Below, piece after piece: positions 6,243-15,455 of a stretch of DNA of 44,579 nucleotides. The stretch's first letter is position 1. Every line of letters begins with the position of its first letter. The stretch covers positions 1 through 44,579 of the forward strand of contig CAZHDT010000001.1 of the NCBI GenBank assembly GCA_964531505.1, in the 5' to 3' direction. The DNA comes from an uncultured Gammaproteobacteria bacterium (GTDB lineage: Bacteria; Patescibacteriota; Patescibacteriia; UBA2591; UBA6264). Below the pieces are notes generated by a model that had not been told where the DNA came from, searched no databases, and saw only the letters and a program-made list of their open reading frames with translations. The translations under genes and the position numbers were made by a program.

Positions 6243-6707
6243 ATGAAAATTATACCTATTATTATTTCGATATTTATTGCCCAATTAGCCGGAATTATTG
6301 GTTCAATTTTTACATTTATAAGTGTAAAAACTTGGTATGCAAATTTAATAAGACCTGGGTGGAATCCTCCCTCATGGTTGTTTGGACCGGTTTGGATAAT
6401 CCTTTATATTCTCATGGGCGTTGCTGCATATTTTGTTTGGCAAAATAAAGACATCCCACTCGCAAAATTGGCTTTATTTTTTTATGGATTGCAATTATTG
6501 TTAAATGCCTTATGGCCAATTATCTTTTTTGGGTTTAAAAATCCAGGATTGGCTTTTATTGAAATAATTATTCTTTCAATTTTTATTATTATTACTACTG
6601 TATTATTTTGGAAAATTAATACTCATGCTGGTATTTTGCTTTTACCATATATTTTATGGACATTGTTTGCCACTTTTCTTAATTACGCTATTTGGCGATT
6701 AAATTAG
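6243..6707 (+). CDS. tspO: TspO/MBR family tryptophan-rich sensory protein
   Basis: WY..L..P.WNPP.W.FGPVW..LY.LMG.A.. and five TM segments. ATG 6243 is preferred to the TTG at 6225, which lies inside the -10 element. Confidence 0.85.
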   Translation: MKIIPIIISIFIAQLAGIIGSIFTFISVKTWYANLIRPGWNPPSWLFGPVWIILYILMGVAAYFVWQNKDIPLAKLALFFYGLQLLLNALWPIIFFGFKNPGLAFIEIIILSIFIIITTVLFWKINTHAGILLLPYILWTLFATFLNYAIWRLN

Positions 6708-6827
6708 CTAAGTAAGACAGTTTTTGTTTAATATTTATTTTTATGGCTTATCTAAGCCATTTTTATATATTGACAAATAGATAAAATATGATATTATAGA
6801 TATAATCTTTAAAATACGGAGGTAAAA

Positions 6828-7352
6828 TTGAAAGTTTTGATGATTCCCGCTGGTGGAATCATCAAGCGGGATAAATTAGATTTCGATACGCTTTTGCGTA
6901 TCGAAAGGGGGGTGAAAATATTTTACTCCCGCCCGGCTTATTGGGACAAAATTTTAGTTTCCGGGGGAATATTCCTTCCTTCGGAGATTCAATCGATTTC
7001 CGCTGCTAAGCTGATGGCAACTGAGTTGATTAAAAGAGGAATTTCTTCTAAAAGAATCATATTAGAAGAAAATTCTCTTGATACGTTTCAAAATGTCGAA
7101 TTCAGCATTTTGAAGTGCGCAGAAGTTGGGATAAATCCAGAAATTACGGTTGTTACTCAGTGGCAACACGCAATTAGATTTTGGATTTGTTTTAGAGGTT
7201 ATAAACTAAAAATTTATTTAAAGCCAATAAGTTATAGAGTACCCATCATAACGTGGTTAAAAGAATGGTTTTTCATTATTTACCACGTTTATGACCGAAG
7301 AGGGGTAAGACCGTTGGCGTTAAAAAACCGAAGAGAAAGGAGGCAAAAATAA
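6828..7352 (+). CDS. DUF218 (YdcF/ElyC-like) protein
   Basis: ILVSGG....E...AAKLM...L...GI....I..EE.SLDTFQN pattern. GGAGG at 6818-6822, 5 nt before the TTG start. Confidence 0.65.
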   Translation: MKVLMIPAGGIIKRDKLDFDTLLRIERGVKIFYSRPAYWDKILVSGGIFLPSEIQSISAAKLMATELIKRGISSKRIILEENSLDTFQNVEFSILKCAEVGINPEITVVTQWQHAIRFWICFRGYKLKIYLKPISYRVPIITWLKEWFFIIYHVYDRRGVRPLALKNRRERRQK

Positions 7353-7354
7353 GG

Positions 7355-7384
7355 GAGTCCATCTTAATAGATAAGGACTCTTTT
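7355..7384 (+). terminator. Terminator-like hairpin
   Basis: gagtcc (7355-7360) pairs with ggactc (7375-7380), followed by tttt. Confidence 0.45.
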
Positions 7385-7540
7385 CTTTGTTTGGTTTGTT
7401 TTTTTATAGTTTTTTAACAAAAAGGGGGAGTTATTTTTTTAAGCCAATGTTTAGATGTTTAATAATAATTTTATTGTGATATAATTAAATCGCTTTAATC
7501 TTAACATAATAAAAATTGCTTTTGTTATAAAATAAAATTT

Positions 7541-8674
7541 ATGTTTATGTCTAAAAAATTTTGGATTTTTGTTTTAATTATCGCAATTATCATTGTCGGG
7601 GCGGTTTTGGTGATTCCATGTAAGAATGATCAGAAAAATGAAGGGTCTGTAAAGATAGGAGCAATTTTGCCGTTAACCGGCTCAATGGCGACATACGGCG
7701 AAGGATGGAGAAATTCTATTTTATTGGCAATTGAGAATAGTGGCTTAAAAAATAAAATTCAATTAATTATAGAAGACGATGCCAGTTGCGATGTAGTCCA
7801 GGATGTTACTATTGCGCAAAAATTAATTAATATAGATCAAGTAAGGGCAATAATTGGACCGGCTTGTTCGTCTTCACTTTTAGCGTTATTGCCAGTGACT
7901 GAAGAAAATAAAATTATTTTGATTTCTTCTTCAGCAACATCAAAATCATTGAGCGGATCCGGCAATTATATTTTTAGGACCATTAGTTCAGATGCGGAAA
8001 AAGCTGTCACTGTGGCAAATTTCGCTTATAATAGGAATTTTAAAAAAGCTGCTTTATTTTATGATTTAGCGAGCGACGCTTTTATCCAACAAAGAGACGA
8101 TGTTAAAAATGAATTTATTAGATTAGGAGGAGAGGTCGTCGCAGATGAATCTTTTAAAACGGGTGATACTGATTTTAGATCCCAATTAACAAAAATAAAA
8201 AGTTCTGATGCGGATTTAGTGTTCGTTGGTTTTTTTTCAACAAAAGAAGGTTTATTATTTTTGAAGCAGGCGAAAGAATTGGGAATTGAATTGCAAGTTA
8301 TTTCTTCAGCACCAGAATTAGGCACGCCCGATTTCATAAATATAGCCGGCGATTTAGCTGAAGGGATTATTTTTCCATTTACTGAGACCCCAACTAATAA
8401 AGAATATAATGATTTTGTAAATGCCTATAAAAATAATTTTAAAAAAGATTTGGCTGGCTATAGCGCAGAAACATATGATGCAGCAACGTTATTAATAAGA
8501 GCTATTATTGAAAGTAATGGTACGCCTGATGGAATTAAAGATAAACTTTATGAATTAGGACAAAATTATTATGGAGCGAGCGGAATTATTACTTTTGATA
8601 AAAATGGCGACGTTCAGAAGCCAATCATAATTAAAATCATTAAAGACGGCCAATTTGTGCCGTATGAGGAATAA
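7541..8674 (+). CDS. ABC-type branched-chain amino acid (LivJ-like, type I PBP) substrate-binding protein, with no transporter partner nearby
   Basis: N-terminal TM/signal, then KIGAILPLTGS.A.YG, GP.CSS and other Leu/Ile/Val-binding family features. No permease or ATPase gene nearby. Confidence 0.8.
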   Translation: MFMSKKFWIFVLIIAIIIVGAVLVIPCKNDQKNEGSVKIGAILPLTGSMATYGEGWRNSILLAIENSGLKNKIQLIIEDDASCDVVQDVTIAQKLINIDQVRAIIGPACSSSLLALLPVTEENKIILISSSATSKSLSGSGNYIFRTISSDAEKAVTVANFAYNRNFKKAALFYDLASDAFIQQRDDVKNEFIRLGGEVVADESFKTGDTDFRSQLTKIKSSDADLVFVGFFSTKEGLLFLKQAKELGIELQVISSAPELGTPDFINIAGDLAEGIIFPFTETPTNKEYNDFVNAYKNNFKKDLAGYSAETYDAATLLIRAIIESNGTPDGIKDKLYELGQNYYGASGIITFDKNGDVQKPIIIKIIKDGQFVPYEE

Positions 8675-8713
8675 ATAATAATAGTTTTTTGAAAGGCATT
8701 TAATATAAATTTT

Positions 8714-8739
8714 AAAAGACCCGTTCGAGCGGGTCTTTT
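8714..8739 (+). terminator. Rho-independent terminator
   Basis: aaaagacccg-ttcgag-cgggtctttt: GC stem flanked by an A-run and a T-run (bidirectional capable). Confidence 0.7.
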
Positions 8740-8824
8740 AAAAATCCAATTGTCAATTAAGTCCTGGATTTATTAAATTTAATTTGATAAAATAATCATT
8801 TGATTAATCATTAAATTAAGAATT

Positions 8825-9157
8825 ATGGAAAATAAAAAAATACAAATTTTAGGTTCGGGTTGCCCAGCATGTAAAGGTTTTTTTGAAACAGTCAAAAAAA
8901 TTGTTGAAGAATTAAAAATTGAGGCAGATGTGGAATACATCACTGACGTTGAAAAGATAATCGGCATGGGAGTGATAAGCGTGCCAGCTTTATCAATAGA
9001 CAATAAAATTGTTTTAAAAGGAGGATTTCATTCAATAAAAAAGATAAAAGAAATTTTATTACAGGCTTTTTTAAATAACAATATTATTGAAGACAAAGAT
9101 AATGATGATTGTGATTGCGACTCAGACGGTTGTTCTCGCTGTAAGGGTTGCTGTTAA
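8825..9157 (+). CDS. Thioredoxin-fold redox-active disulfide protein (MTH895/ArsE-like) with a Cys-rich C-terminal tail
   Basis: ILGSGCPACK active site and the ~77-aa fold pattern (...GVISVPALSIDNKIV). Extra tail DDCDCDSDGCSRCKGCC. Confidence 0.75.
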   Translation: MENKKIQILGSGCPACKGFFETVKKIVEELKIEADVEYITDVEKIIGMGVISVPALSIDNKIVLKGGFHSIKKIKEILLQAFLNNNIIEDKDNDDCDCDSDGCSRCKGCC

Positions 9158-9219
9158 TTAGCAAGGTTATTTTTTATTCCGTTCAAGCTTCACCTAGTTA
9201 GAAAATAAGTATGATATAA

Positions 9220-9372
9220 AGTAAAATAGCCCCGTAAAAACGGGGCTAAAAGGGGAGCTGAGGGTCGTTAGAAACGGAGACACGAAGATTCGAATACAGT
9301 TAACGCCGGGTCCAAAGGGGAACGACCCGAGGATACAACGATCCCTCAGCTATGAAACCTCCATAGAATACT
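9220..9372 (-). ncRNA. Candidate structured small RNA of unknown class (GC-rich island with nested helices, own promoter and terminator)
   Basis: Minus-strand promoter TTTAAA (9402-9407), 17-bp spacer, TATTAT (9379-9384). Long-range helix 9257-9269 with 9337-9350. Inner hairpin 9307-9312 with 9324-9329. Terminal hairpin 9227-9248 followed on the minus strand by AUUUUACUUUAU. Local GC is far above background. Strand and ends are inferred. Confidence 0.4.
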
Positions 9373-9560
9373 GCTTTTATAATAGCATACTTTCCGTTAA
9401 TTTTAAATGAGTATCTGTGGATAACTTTTTATAAATAAAATCTTATAAATTTAACCCGCCTTTGAATAGTATTATAATAAAATCTAAATGAAAAGATAAA
9501 GAGTTTACTTATTTTAATAAATGTATTAAAGTATTATTATTAAATCATTTTTTAAATAAT

Positions 9561-10628
9561 ATGGGCCTTTCTATTGGTATTGTTGGATTGCCGAATGTCG
9601 GCAAATCAACTTTTTTTCAAACTATAACAAAGAAACCGATTGACCGGGCTAATTATCCCTTTTGTACCATTGATCCTAATATTGGGGTAGTGGCGGTTCC
9701 TGATGAAAGAGTTGATCAATTGACAGAATTGTGCCATTCGTTAAAGAAAATATACACGACGATAGAATTCGTTGATATTGCCGGATTAGTAAAAGGGGCT
9801 AATAAAGGGGAGGGTTTGGGAAATAAATTTTTAGCCAATATCAGGGAAACAGACGCCATTATTTATGTTTTAAGAAGTTTTTTAAATGAGAATATTATTA
9901 ATACCCAATCTAAAGTAGATCCTTTGGACGAAAAAGAAATTTTAGACACAGAATTGATTTTAAAGGATTTAGAAATGGTAGAAAAAAGGGTAGAACATTT
10001 AAACAAAGAAATCAGAACAGGCCATAAAGAATCATTAAAAGAATTTGAGGTTTTAAAAAAAACAAGAGATTTTTTAGAAAAAGGTTTGGTTTTAATTGAA
10101 CAGGATTTTACAAAAGAAGAATTATTTTTATTAAAATCGTATCAGTTTCTGACCTTGAAACCGCGATTATATCTTTTAAATGGGAATGAGGAAGAAATCA
10201 ATTTTCAAATAAAAGAAATTTTCCAAAATCATCATTGGCAGTTTTTAACCATTGACCTTTTAAATGAGTTTGAAGCGGCGGATTTGAATAAACAGGAAAG
10301 AGTTGATTTGGGATTAGCCTCAGATTCCGGTTTTGATAAATTAATCATGGAATCTTATAAATTACTTGGTTTAATTACTTTTTTAACAACTGGCGTGGAT
10401 GAAACGCGGGCCTGGACTTTAAGACAAGGAGAAAAAGCTCCTCAAGCCGGCGGAGTGATTCATAGCGATTTTGAAAAACATTTTATCAGGGCAGAAGTAA
10501 TTAATTGGCGTGATTTAATTAACGCGGGAGGTTTTTCCAAAGCGCGAGAAAAAGGATTGGTTCGGACAGAAGGAAAAGAATATCTCGTCAAGGACGGAGA
10601 TGTTATTGAAATAAAACACGATGCTTAA
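9561..10628 (+). CDS. ychF: Ribosome-binding ATPase YchF (Obg-like)
   Basis: GIVGLPNVGKSTFF, DIAGLVKGA, and the C-terminal TGS-like RAWT...G..AP.AAG.IHSDFE..FIRAEV. Confidence 0.95.
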   Translation: MGLSIGIVGLPNVGKSTFFQTITKKPIDRANYPFCTIDPNIGVVAVPDERVDQLTELCHSLKKIYTTIEFVDIAGLVKGANKGEGLGNKFLANIRETDAIIYVLRSFLNENIINTQSKVDPLDEKEILDTELILKDLEMVEKRVEHLNKEIRTGHKESLKEFEVLKKTRDFLEKGLVLIEQDFTKEELFLLKSYQFLTLKPRLYLLNGNEEEINFQIKEIFQNHHWQFLTIDLLNEFEAADLNKQERVDLGLASDSGFDKLIMESYKLLGLITFLTTGVDETRAWTLRQGEKAPQAGGVIHSDFEKHFIRAEVINWRDLINAGGFSKAREKGLVRTEGKEYLVKDGDVIEIKHDA

Positions 10629-10647
10629 TATAAAATAAAATAAAAAT

Positions 10648-11094
10648 ATGCGAGAGATTAAATTTAAAGACTTAAAAAAAGAATACCAAAATCTTTTAAA
10701 TAAAGCGGAAAAAGCATTAAAAAATTCTTATAGCCCTTATTCTAATTTATTAGTTGGGGCAGCTTTATTGACAAAAAATAACAAAATTATTACTGGTTCA
10801 AATGTGGAGAATGCGTCTTACCGGTTGACTATTTGCGCTGAACAAGCTGTTGTGGCGAGAGCCAATGCTTTGGGTGAACGTTGTTTTACAACTATAGCCA
10901 TAATTGCCAAAACTAAAAACGGGACCGGAAATAGGAATATAATTTTTGCCCCGTGTGGTGCTTGTCGGCAAATACTTTTTGAATTTTCTAAAATATCAGG
11001 CATTGATTTAGAAATAATTACGTCCAGCGCTGATAAGAAAAAAGTTTTAATCGCTAAAATTTCTGAGCTTCTGCCATTAGCTTTTACTTTATAA
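10648..11094 (+). CDS. cdd: Cytidine deaminase
   Basis: CAEQ and PCGACRQ zinc-binding motifs. Typical ~140-aa size. Confidence 0.9.
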   Translation: MREIKFKDLKKEYQNLLNKAEKALKNSYSPYSNLLVGAALLTKNNKIITGSNVENASYRLTICAEQAVVARANALGERCFTTIAIIAKTKNGTGNRNIIFAPCGACRQILFEFSKISGIDLEIITSSADKKKVLIAKISELLPLAFTL

Positions 11095-11113
11095 TGATAA
11101 TTTATTGTTTTTT

Positions 11114-11899
11114 ATGATTGATACTCACGCCCATTTGAATTTTCAAGATTTTGATAACGATTATCAAAAAGTAATTCAAAATAATTTCCAGCAAGGCCTT
11201 AAAGCGGTAATTATTATTGGAACGGATTTTAAATCCGGGCAAAGGGCGATTAAAATTTCAAAGGAATTTGATAATTGCTATGTTTCTTTGGGTCTTCATC
11301 CAACTGAGGTTGATAGTGAAGAATTTTTTTTAAATAAATATCAAAATTTAATTTTAAAAAATCCGGAAAAAATAAAGGCGATTGGAGAAACCGGTTTGGA
11401 TTATTTTGAGGCTCAGAATAAAAAAGAAAAACAAAAAGAAATTTTTTTAAAACATCTTCAATTAGTCCAAGAATTTGGATTACCAATTATTTTACATTGC
11501 CGGGGAAGTAGGGATAACCCGAAAGATGCTTATCTTGATTTATTAAAAATTATCAGAGGATTATCTAAAATACCGGTTGGAGTTATTCATTGTTTTTCTT
11601 CTAATTGGGAAATTGCTCAAGAATTTTTGGATTTAGGTTTTTATATCGGTTTTACCGGGCCGATTACTTTTAAAAATGTTAGCCAAGATTTATTGATAGT
11701 GGGGAGGAATATCCCTTTGGAAAAAACTTTATTAGAGACTGATTGTCCATTTTTAACTCCGGAACCTCATCGCGGAAGACGAAATGAACCGATTTATATC
11801 CGTTTTATTGCTCAAAAACTCGCTTTTTTAAAAAATATTTCTTTTGAAAAAGTGGTAAATCAAACCTCAAAAAATGCCAAAGAATTATTTAAAATTTAA
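11114..11899 (+). CDS. tatD: TatD-family metal-dependent DNase/hydrolase
   Basis: MIDTHAHL start (ATG 11114 preferred over the upstream TTG). GLHP, GE.GLDY, HCR, ETD.P.L motifs. Confidence 0.9.
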   Translation: MIDTHAHLNFQDFDNDYQKVIQNNFQQGLKAVIIIGTDFKSGQRAIKISKEFDNCYVSLGLHPTEVDSEEFFLNKYQNLILKNPEKIKAIGETGLDYFEAQNKKEKQKEIFLKHLQLVQEFGLPIILHCRGSRDNPKDAYLDLLKIIRGLSKIPVGVIHCFSSNWEIAQEFLDLGFYIGFTGPITFKNVSQDLLIVGRNIPLEKTLLETDCPFLTPEPHRGRRNEPIYIRFIAQKLAFLKNISFEKVVNQTSKNAKELFKI

Positions 11900-11907
11900 T
11901 AATTATT

Positions 11908-11934
11908 AAAAAATCCTTTAAAAGGATTTTTTTT
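11908..11934 (+). terminator. Terminator-like hairpin
   Basis: aaaaaatcctt-taaa-aggatttttt. Confidence 0.55.
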
Positions 11935-11980
11935 GCAATTAACAATTAACAATGCGTTTCATTTATGTTATTATAGAAAT

Positions 11981-14900
11981 ATGGTTAATAAGCAAAAGCA
12001 AAAGGATATTAAAAACGAAATTATAAAAGACCTTAATTCTGAACAAGAAAAAGCGGTAAGCTATCACGATGGTCCTTTGTTAATCATTGCCGGAGCCGGC
12101 ACTGGCAAAACTACGGTGATTACCAGGCGAATTGCCTGGCTTATTTTGAATAATTTAGCTAAAACCGAAGAGGTTTTAGCTTTAACTTTTACTGACAAAG
12201 CCGCTCAGGAAATGGAAGAAAGAATTGACCGTTTATTGCCCTATGGCTATGTCGATTTATGGGTTTCCACTTTTCATTCTTTTTGTGAAAGAATTTTGCG
12301 TCAGCATGCTTTAGATATCGGCTTGCCTTTAAGTTTTAAAATTTTAAATGAGTCTCAACAATGTTTTTTGGTTCAAGAAAATTTAAGTAAGTTTGATTTA
12401 GATTATTATCGACCACTAGGAAATCCAACTAAATTTGTGCAAAGTCTAGTGAAACATTTTTCTCGCGCTAAGGATGAATTGATTAGTCCGGAAGAATATC
12501 TTGATTATGTGGAAAATCTTAAAATGGATCAGGATACCACTATGTCTGATGAGTCTTTAAATCAGGAAGCGAGCCGGGTTAAGGAGGTTGCTAACGCTTA
12601 CCATTTTTATCAACGGCTTTTATTGGAAAATAATGCTTTGGATTTCGGAGATTTAATTAACTATACTTTAAAAATTTTCCAAACTCGGCCGCAGATTTTA
12701 GAAAAATACCAAAAACAATTCAAATATATCTTAGTAGATGAGTTTCAAGATACTAATTGGGCGCAATATAAATTATTGCAATTATTGGCTCAGCCGAAAA
12801 ATAATCTTACCGTGGTTTCGGACGATGACCAAAGTATTTATAAATTTCGTGGCGCTTCTTATAACAATGTTATTCAATTTAGAAAAGATTATCCCAGTTC
12901 GAACCAAGTAGTTTTAATAAAAAATTATCGTTCCCAACAAGATATTTTAGATTTAGCGTATAATTTTATCCAATTAAATAATCCGGCTCGCTTGGAAGCC
13001 CAAGAAGAAAAAATCAATAAAAAATTATTGGCGGAAAAAGGAGAAAAAGGAGAAATATCTCATCTACATTTTAAAAACCAATATGATGAAGCCAGGGGGG
13101 TGATAAAAAAAATTATTGAATTAAAGAAAAATGATACTGAATCAACCTGGAATGATTTTGCCATTTTAATCAGGGCTAATAGCCAAGCGGATAATTTTAT
13201 TCAATTGCTTTCTGAATCAGGAATTCCTCATCAATTTTTAGCCAGGCGGGGATTATTTTCCAAACCAGTTATTATGGATATCCTTTCTTATTTAAAGCTT
13301 TTGGATAATTATCATGAGAGCCCAGCCGTTTATCGGATTTTAATTTCTCCTCTTTTTTTTCAAAAAATAACTAATCAAGAATTAATCAATTTTAATAATT
13401 TTGCCAATAAAAAAGCTTGGTCCCTTTACGAAGCAATGCAAAAATCTTCTTTAATTCCGGGGATTTCCGATAAGACAAAAGAATCTTTTAATATCCTATT
13501 GTCATGGGTTGAAAAACATAGTGAGTTAGCCCAAAAGGAGAGTGTTGGGAAAGTGGTTTTTTCTTTTTTAGAAGATAGTGGTTATTTGAAAATTTTAACT
13601 AAAGATAAAGAAGAAACGGAAAAAGATAATCGTGAATCAATTTTTTGGTTAAATCAATTTTTTAAGAAAGTGGAAAATTTTGAAGCGATTAATTTTGACA
13701 AAACAGTTAAAAATTTTATTCAAATGGTTGATTTAATGGTCGCGACTGGCGACACGGGAAGTATGGAAGCGGAAAATGAAGAAGGGCCGGAAGCCGTTAA
13801 GGTGAGCACGATTCATAGTGCCAAGGGATTAGAATTCAAATATGTTTTTATTGTTAATTTAGTTGATAAGCGTTTTCCCACAATTGAAAGGCATGAAGCA
13901 ATTGAGCTTCCAGAGAAACTAATCAAAGAGATTAGGCCGGAAGGAGATATTCATCTTCAAGAGGAAAGGAGACTTTTCTATGTGGCTTTAACTAGAGCAA
14001 AAAATGGGCTTTATTTGACTTCAGCAGATGATTACGGAGGAAAAACAGTTAAAAAATTATCTCGTTTTTTGTATGAGTTGGGAATGGAGGAAAAACAAGA
14101 AACATCAAAAGAAAAAAAATCAAATTTTAATTTTATTTCTTCAATTCCTGTTGCCTCAAATATTTTAAAAACAAATAAATCAGTCTTGCCATTAAGATTC
14201 AGCTTTTCTCAATTAATCGCTTTTGAAAGTTGTCCATTACAATATAAATTTTCTTTTATTTTAAAAATCCCTCGTCGGGGGCGACACGTTTTTAGTTTTG
14301 GAAAGACTTTACATTCCACTCTTTATCAATTTTGCCAAATTTGGAGAAAACAGCAGTCAACCTTACAAAAAACTCTTTTTAGCCAACAAGGCCATCAAAC
14401 AAAAGAAGATTCGAAGTTAAAAGAGCAAATTGGTTTTGAAAAATTAATGAAAATTTATCAAGAATCATGGATTGATGAATGGTATCAAAGCAGAGAGCAG
14501 AAAGAAAAATATTGGGAAAAAGGAAAAAAGGCTTTAAAAACTTTTTATCAAGATTTAAATACCACCCAGCCGAAGATAAAATATTTGGAAAAAGGATTTA
14601 ATTTTAAAATAGGGAAAGGAAAAGACAAGGAAATTATGAAAGGTTTTATAGACAGAGTTGACGAAGTTGATGGGGGATATGAAATTATTGATTATAAAAC
14701 TGGGGAAGAAGGAGAAAGAAGACTCGATTTTGAAAAAAAACAACAGCTTTTGATTTATCAATTTGCGGCTAAAGAACTTTATGAAGCTTTTGACAAGCCG
14801 GTTAATCAATTAACATTTTATTATTTGGAAACAGGCAATCGAGTTTCCTTTTTGGGCAAAGATGACGATTTAATAAAATTAGAGGAAAAAATTATTAAAA

Positions 14901-14998
14901 TTATTCAGGATATTAAAAAAGATGATTTTCCTCCTAAGCCAGGGCCGCTTTGTAAATTTTGTGATTTTTATCATATTTGCCAATATCGCCAGGAATAA
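11981..14998 (+). CDS. UvrD/PcrA-type SF1 helicase fused to a C-terminal RecB/Cas4-like PD-(D/E)XK nuclease with a 4-Cys cluster
   Basis: Walker A AGAGTGKT, DEFQDT, VSTIHSAKGLEF, YVALTRA. C-terminal FESCP...GFIDRVDE...YEIIDYKTG...CKFCDFYHIC. ATG 11981 is preferred because the upstream TTG lies inside the terminator. Confidence 0.85.
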   Translation: MVNKQKQKDIKNEIIKDLNSEQEKAVSYHDGPLLIIAGAGTGKTTVITRRIAWLILNNLAKTEEVLALTFTDKAAQEMEERIDRLLPYGYVDLWVSTFHSFCERILRQHALDIGLPLSFKILNESQQCFLVQENLSKFDLDYYRPLGNPTKFVQSLVKHFSRAKDELISPEEYLDYVENLKMDQDTTMSDESLNQEASRVKEVANAYHFYQRLLLENNALDFGDLINYTLKIFQTRPQILEKYQKQFKYILVDEFQDTNWAQYKLLQLLAQPKNNLTVVSDDDQSIYKFRGASYNNVIQFRKDYPSSNQVVLIKNYRSQQDILDLAYNFIQLNNPARLEAQEEKINKKLLAEKGEKGEISHLHFKNQYDEARGVIKKIIELKKNDTESTWNDFAILIRANSQADNFIQLLSESGIPHQFLARRGLFSKPVIMDILSYLKLLDNYHESPAVYRILISPLFFQKITNQELINFNNFANKKAWSLYEAMQKSSLIPGISDKTKESFNILLSWVEKHSELAQKESVGKVVFSFLEDSGYLKILTKDKEETEKDNRESIFWLNQFFKKVENFEAINFDKTVKNFIQMVDLMVATGDTGSMEAENEEGPEAVKVSTIHSAKGLEFKYVFIVNLVDKRFPTIERHEAIELPEKLIKEIRPEGDIHLQEERRLFYVALTRAKNGLYLTSADDYGGKTVKKLSRFLYELGMEEKQETSKEKKSNFNFISSIPVASNILKTNKSVLPLRFSFSQLIAFESCPLQYKFSFILKIPRRGRHVFSFGKTLHSTLYQFCQIWRKQQSTLQKTLFSQQGHQTKEDSKLKEQIGFEKLMKIYQESWIDEWYQSREQKEKYWEKGKKALKTFYQDLNTTQPKIKYLEKGFNFKIGKGKDKEIMKGFIDRVDEVDGGYEIIDYKTGEEGERRLDFEKKQQLLIYQFAAKELYEAFDKPVNQLTFYYLETGNRVSFLGKDDDLIKLEEKIIKIIQDIKKDDFPPKPGPLCKFCDFYHICQYRQE

Positions 14999-15071
14999 TC
15001 GGATTGTCAAAATTTGAGAAAATGGTAAGATATTAACACTTTACCAAAAAACATTTTTAAAATTATTTTTT

Positions 15072-15455
15072 ATGACCTTAAAAAGATATCTTAATTTAAT
15101 GGGATTGCTCACTTTAATTTGTTGGCTTGCCTGGATATTTGTTCTTTTTTTTATTAATCCGGACGAAACCGGGTTAATTGGTTTTATTCTCTTTTATTTC
15201 AGCCTTTTTTTGGCCATTTTGGGCAGCGTTGCGATTATTGGTTTTGTCATCAGAGCAAGGCTGAAAAAGGGACCAGTTTTCAAACAAGTAGAAAATGCTT
15301 TTCGTCAGGGAATTTGGCTGAGTATTTTTTTAATTGGAATTTTGTTATTAAAGAGTTTAGGGCTGTTAGAGTGGTGGAATGGATTAGTATTATTCTTTTT
15401 CTTGGTTTTTTTGGAATTCTTTTTTCTTTCTTCTCGTAAACAATATAAATCATGA
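15072..15455 (+). CDS. Small integral membrane protein (3-4 TM), unknown function
   Basis: Hydrophobic segments throughout. The stop overlaps the pheS start (ATGA). Confidence 0.6.
   Translation: MTLKRYLNLMGLLTLICWLAWIFVLFFINPDETGLIGFILFYFSLFLAILGSVAIIGFVIRARLKKGPVFKQVENAFRQGIWLSIFLIGILLLKSLGLLEWWNGLVLFFFLVFLEFFFLSSRKQYKS

Noticed and set aside
9281-9296. Shared acgaagatt 9-mer between the sRNA candidate (9285-9293) and the 44422-44430 hairpin loop as evidence of a repeat family
   Set aside because: A single 9-mer match is expected by chance many times in 44 kb, and the flanking sequence does not align.
9250-9365. Identity of the GC-rich RNA as SRP (4.5S) RNA, tmRNA, 6S or the guanidine-I (ykkC) riboswitch
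   Set aside because: GUCC-AAAG-GGGAACGACC only superficially resembles the SRP domain IV GUCC-GGAA-GGAAGCAGCC: there is no GNRA loop and AGCA is changed. GGGG...GAUUCGA is spaced wrongly for a tmRNA 5' end, and there is no T-arm/CCA end. It is too short for 6S. The ykkC-like fragments are in the wrong order. Left as unknown class.
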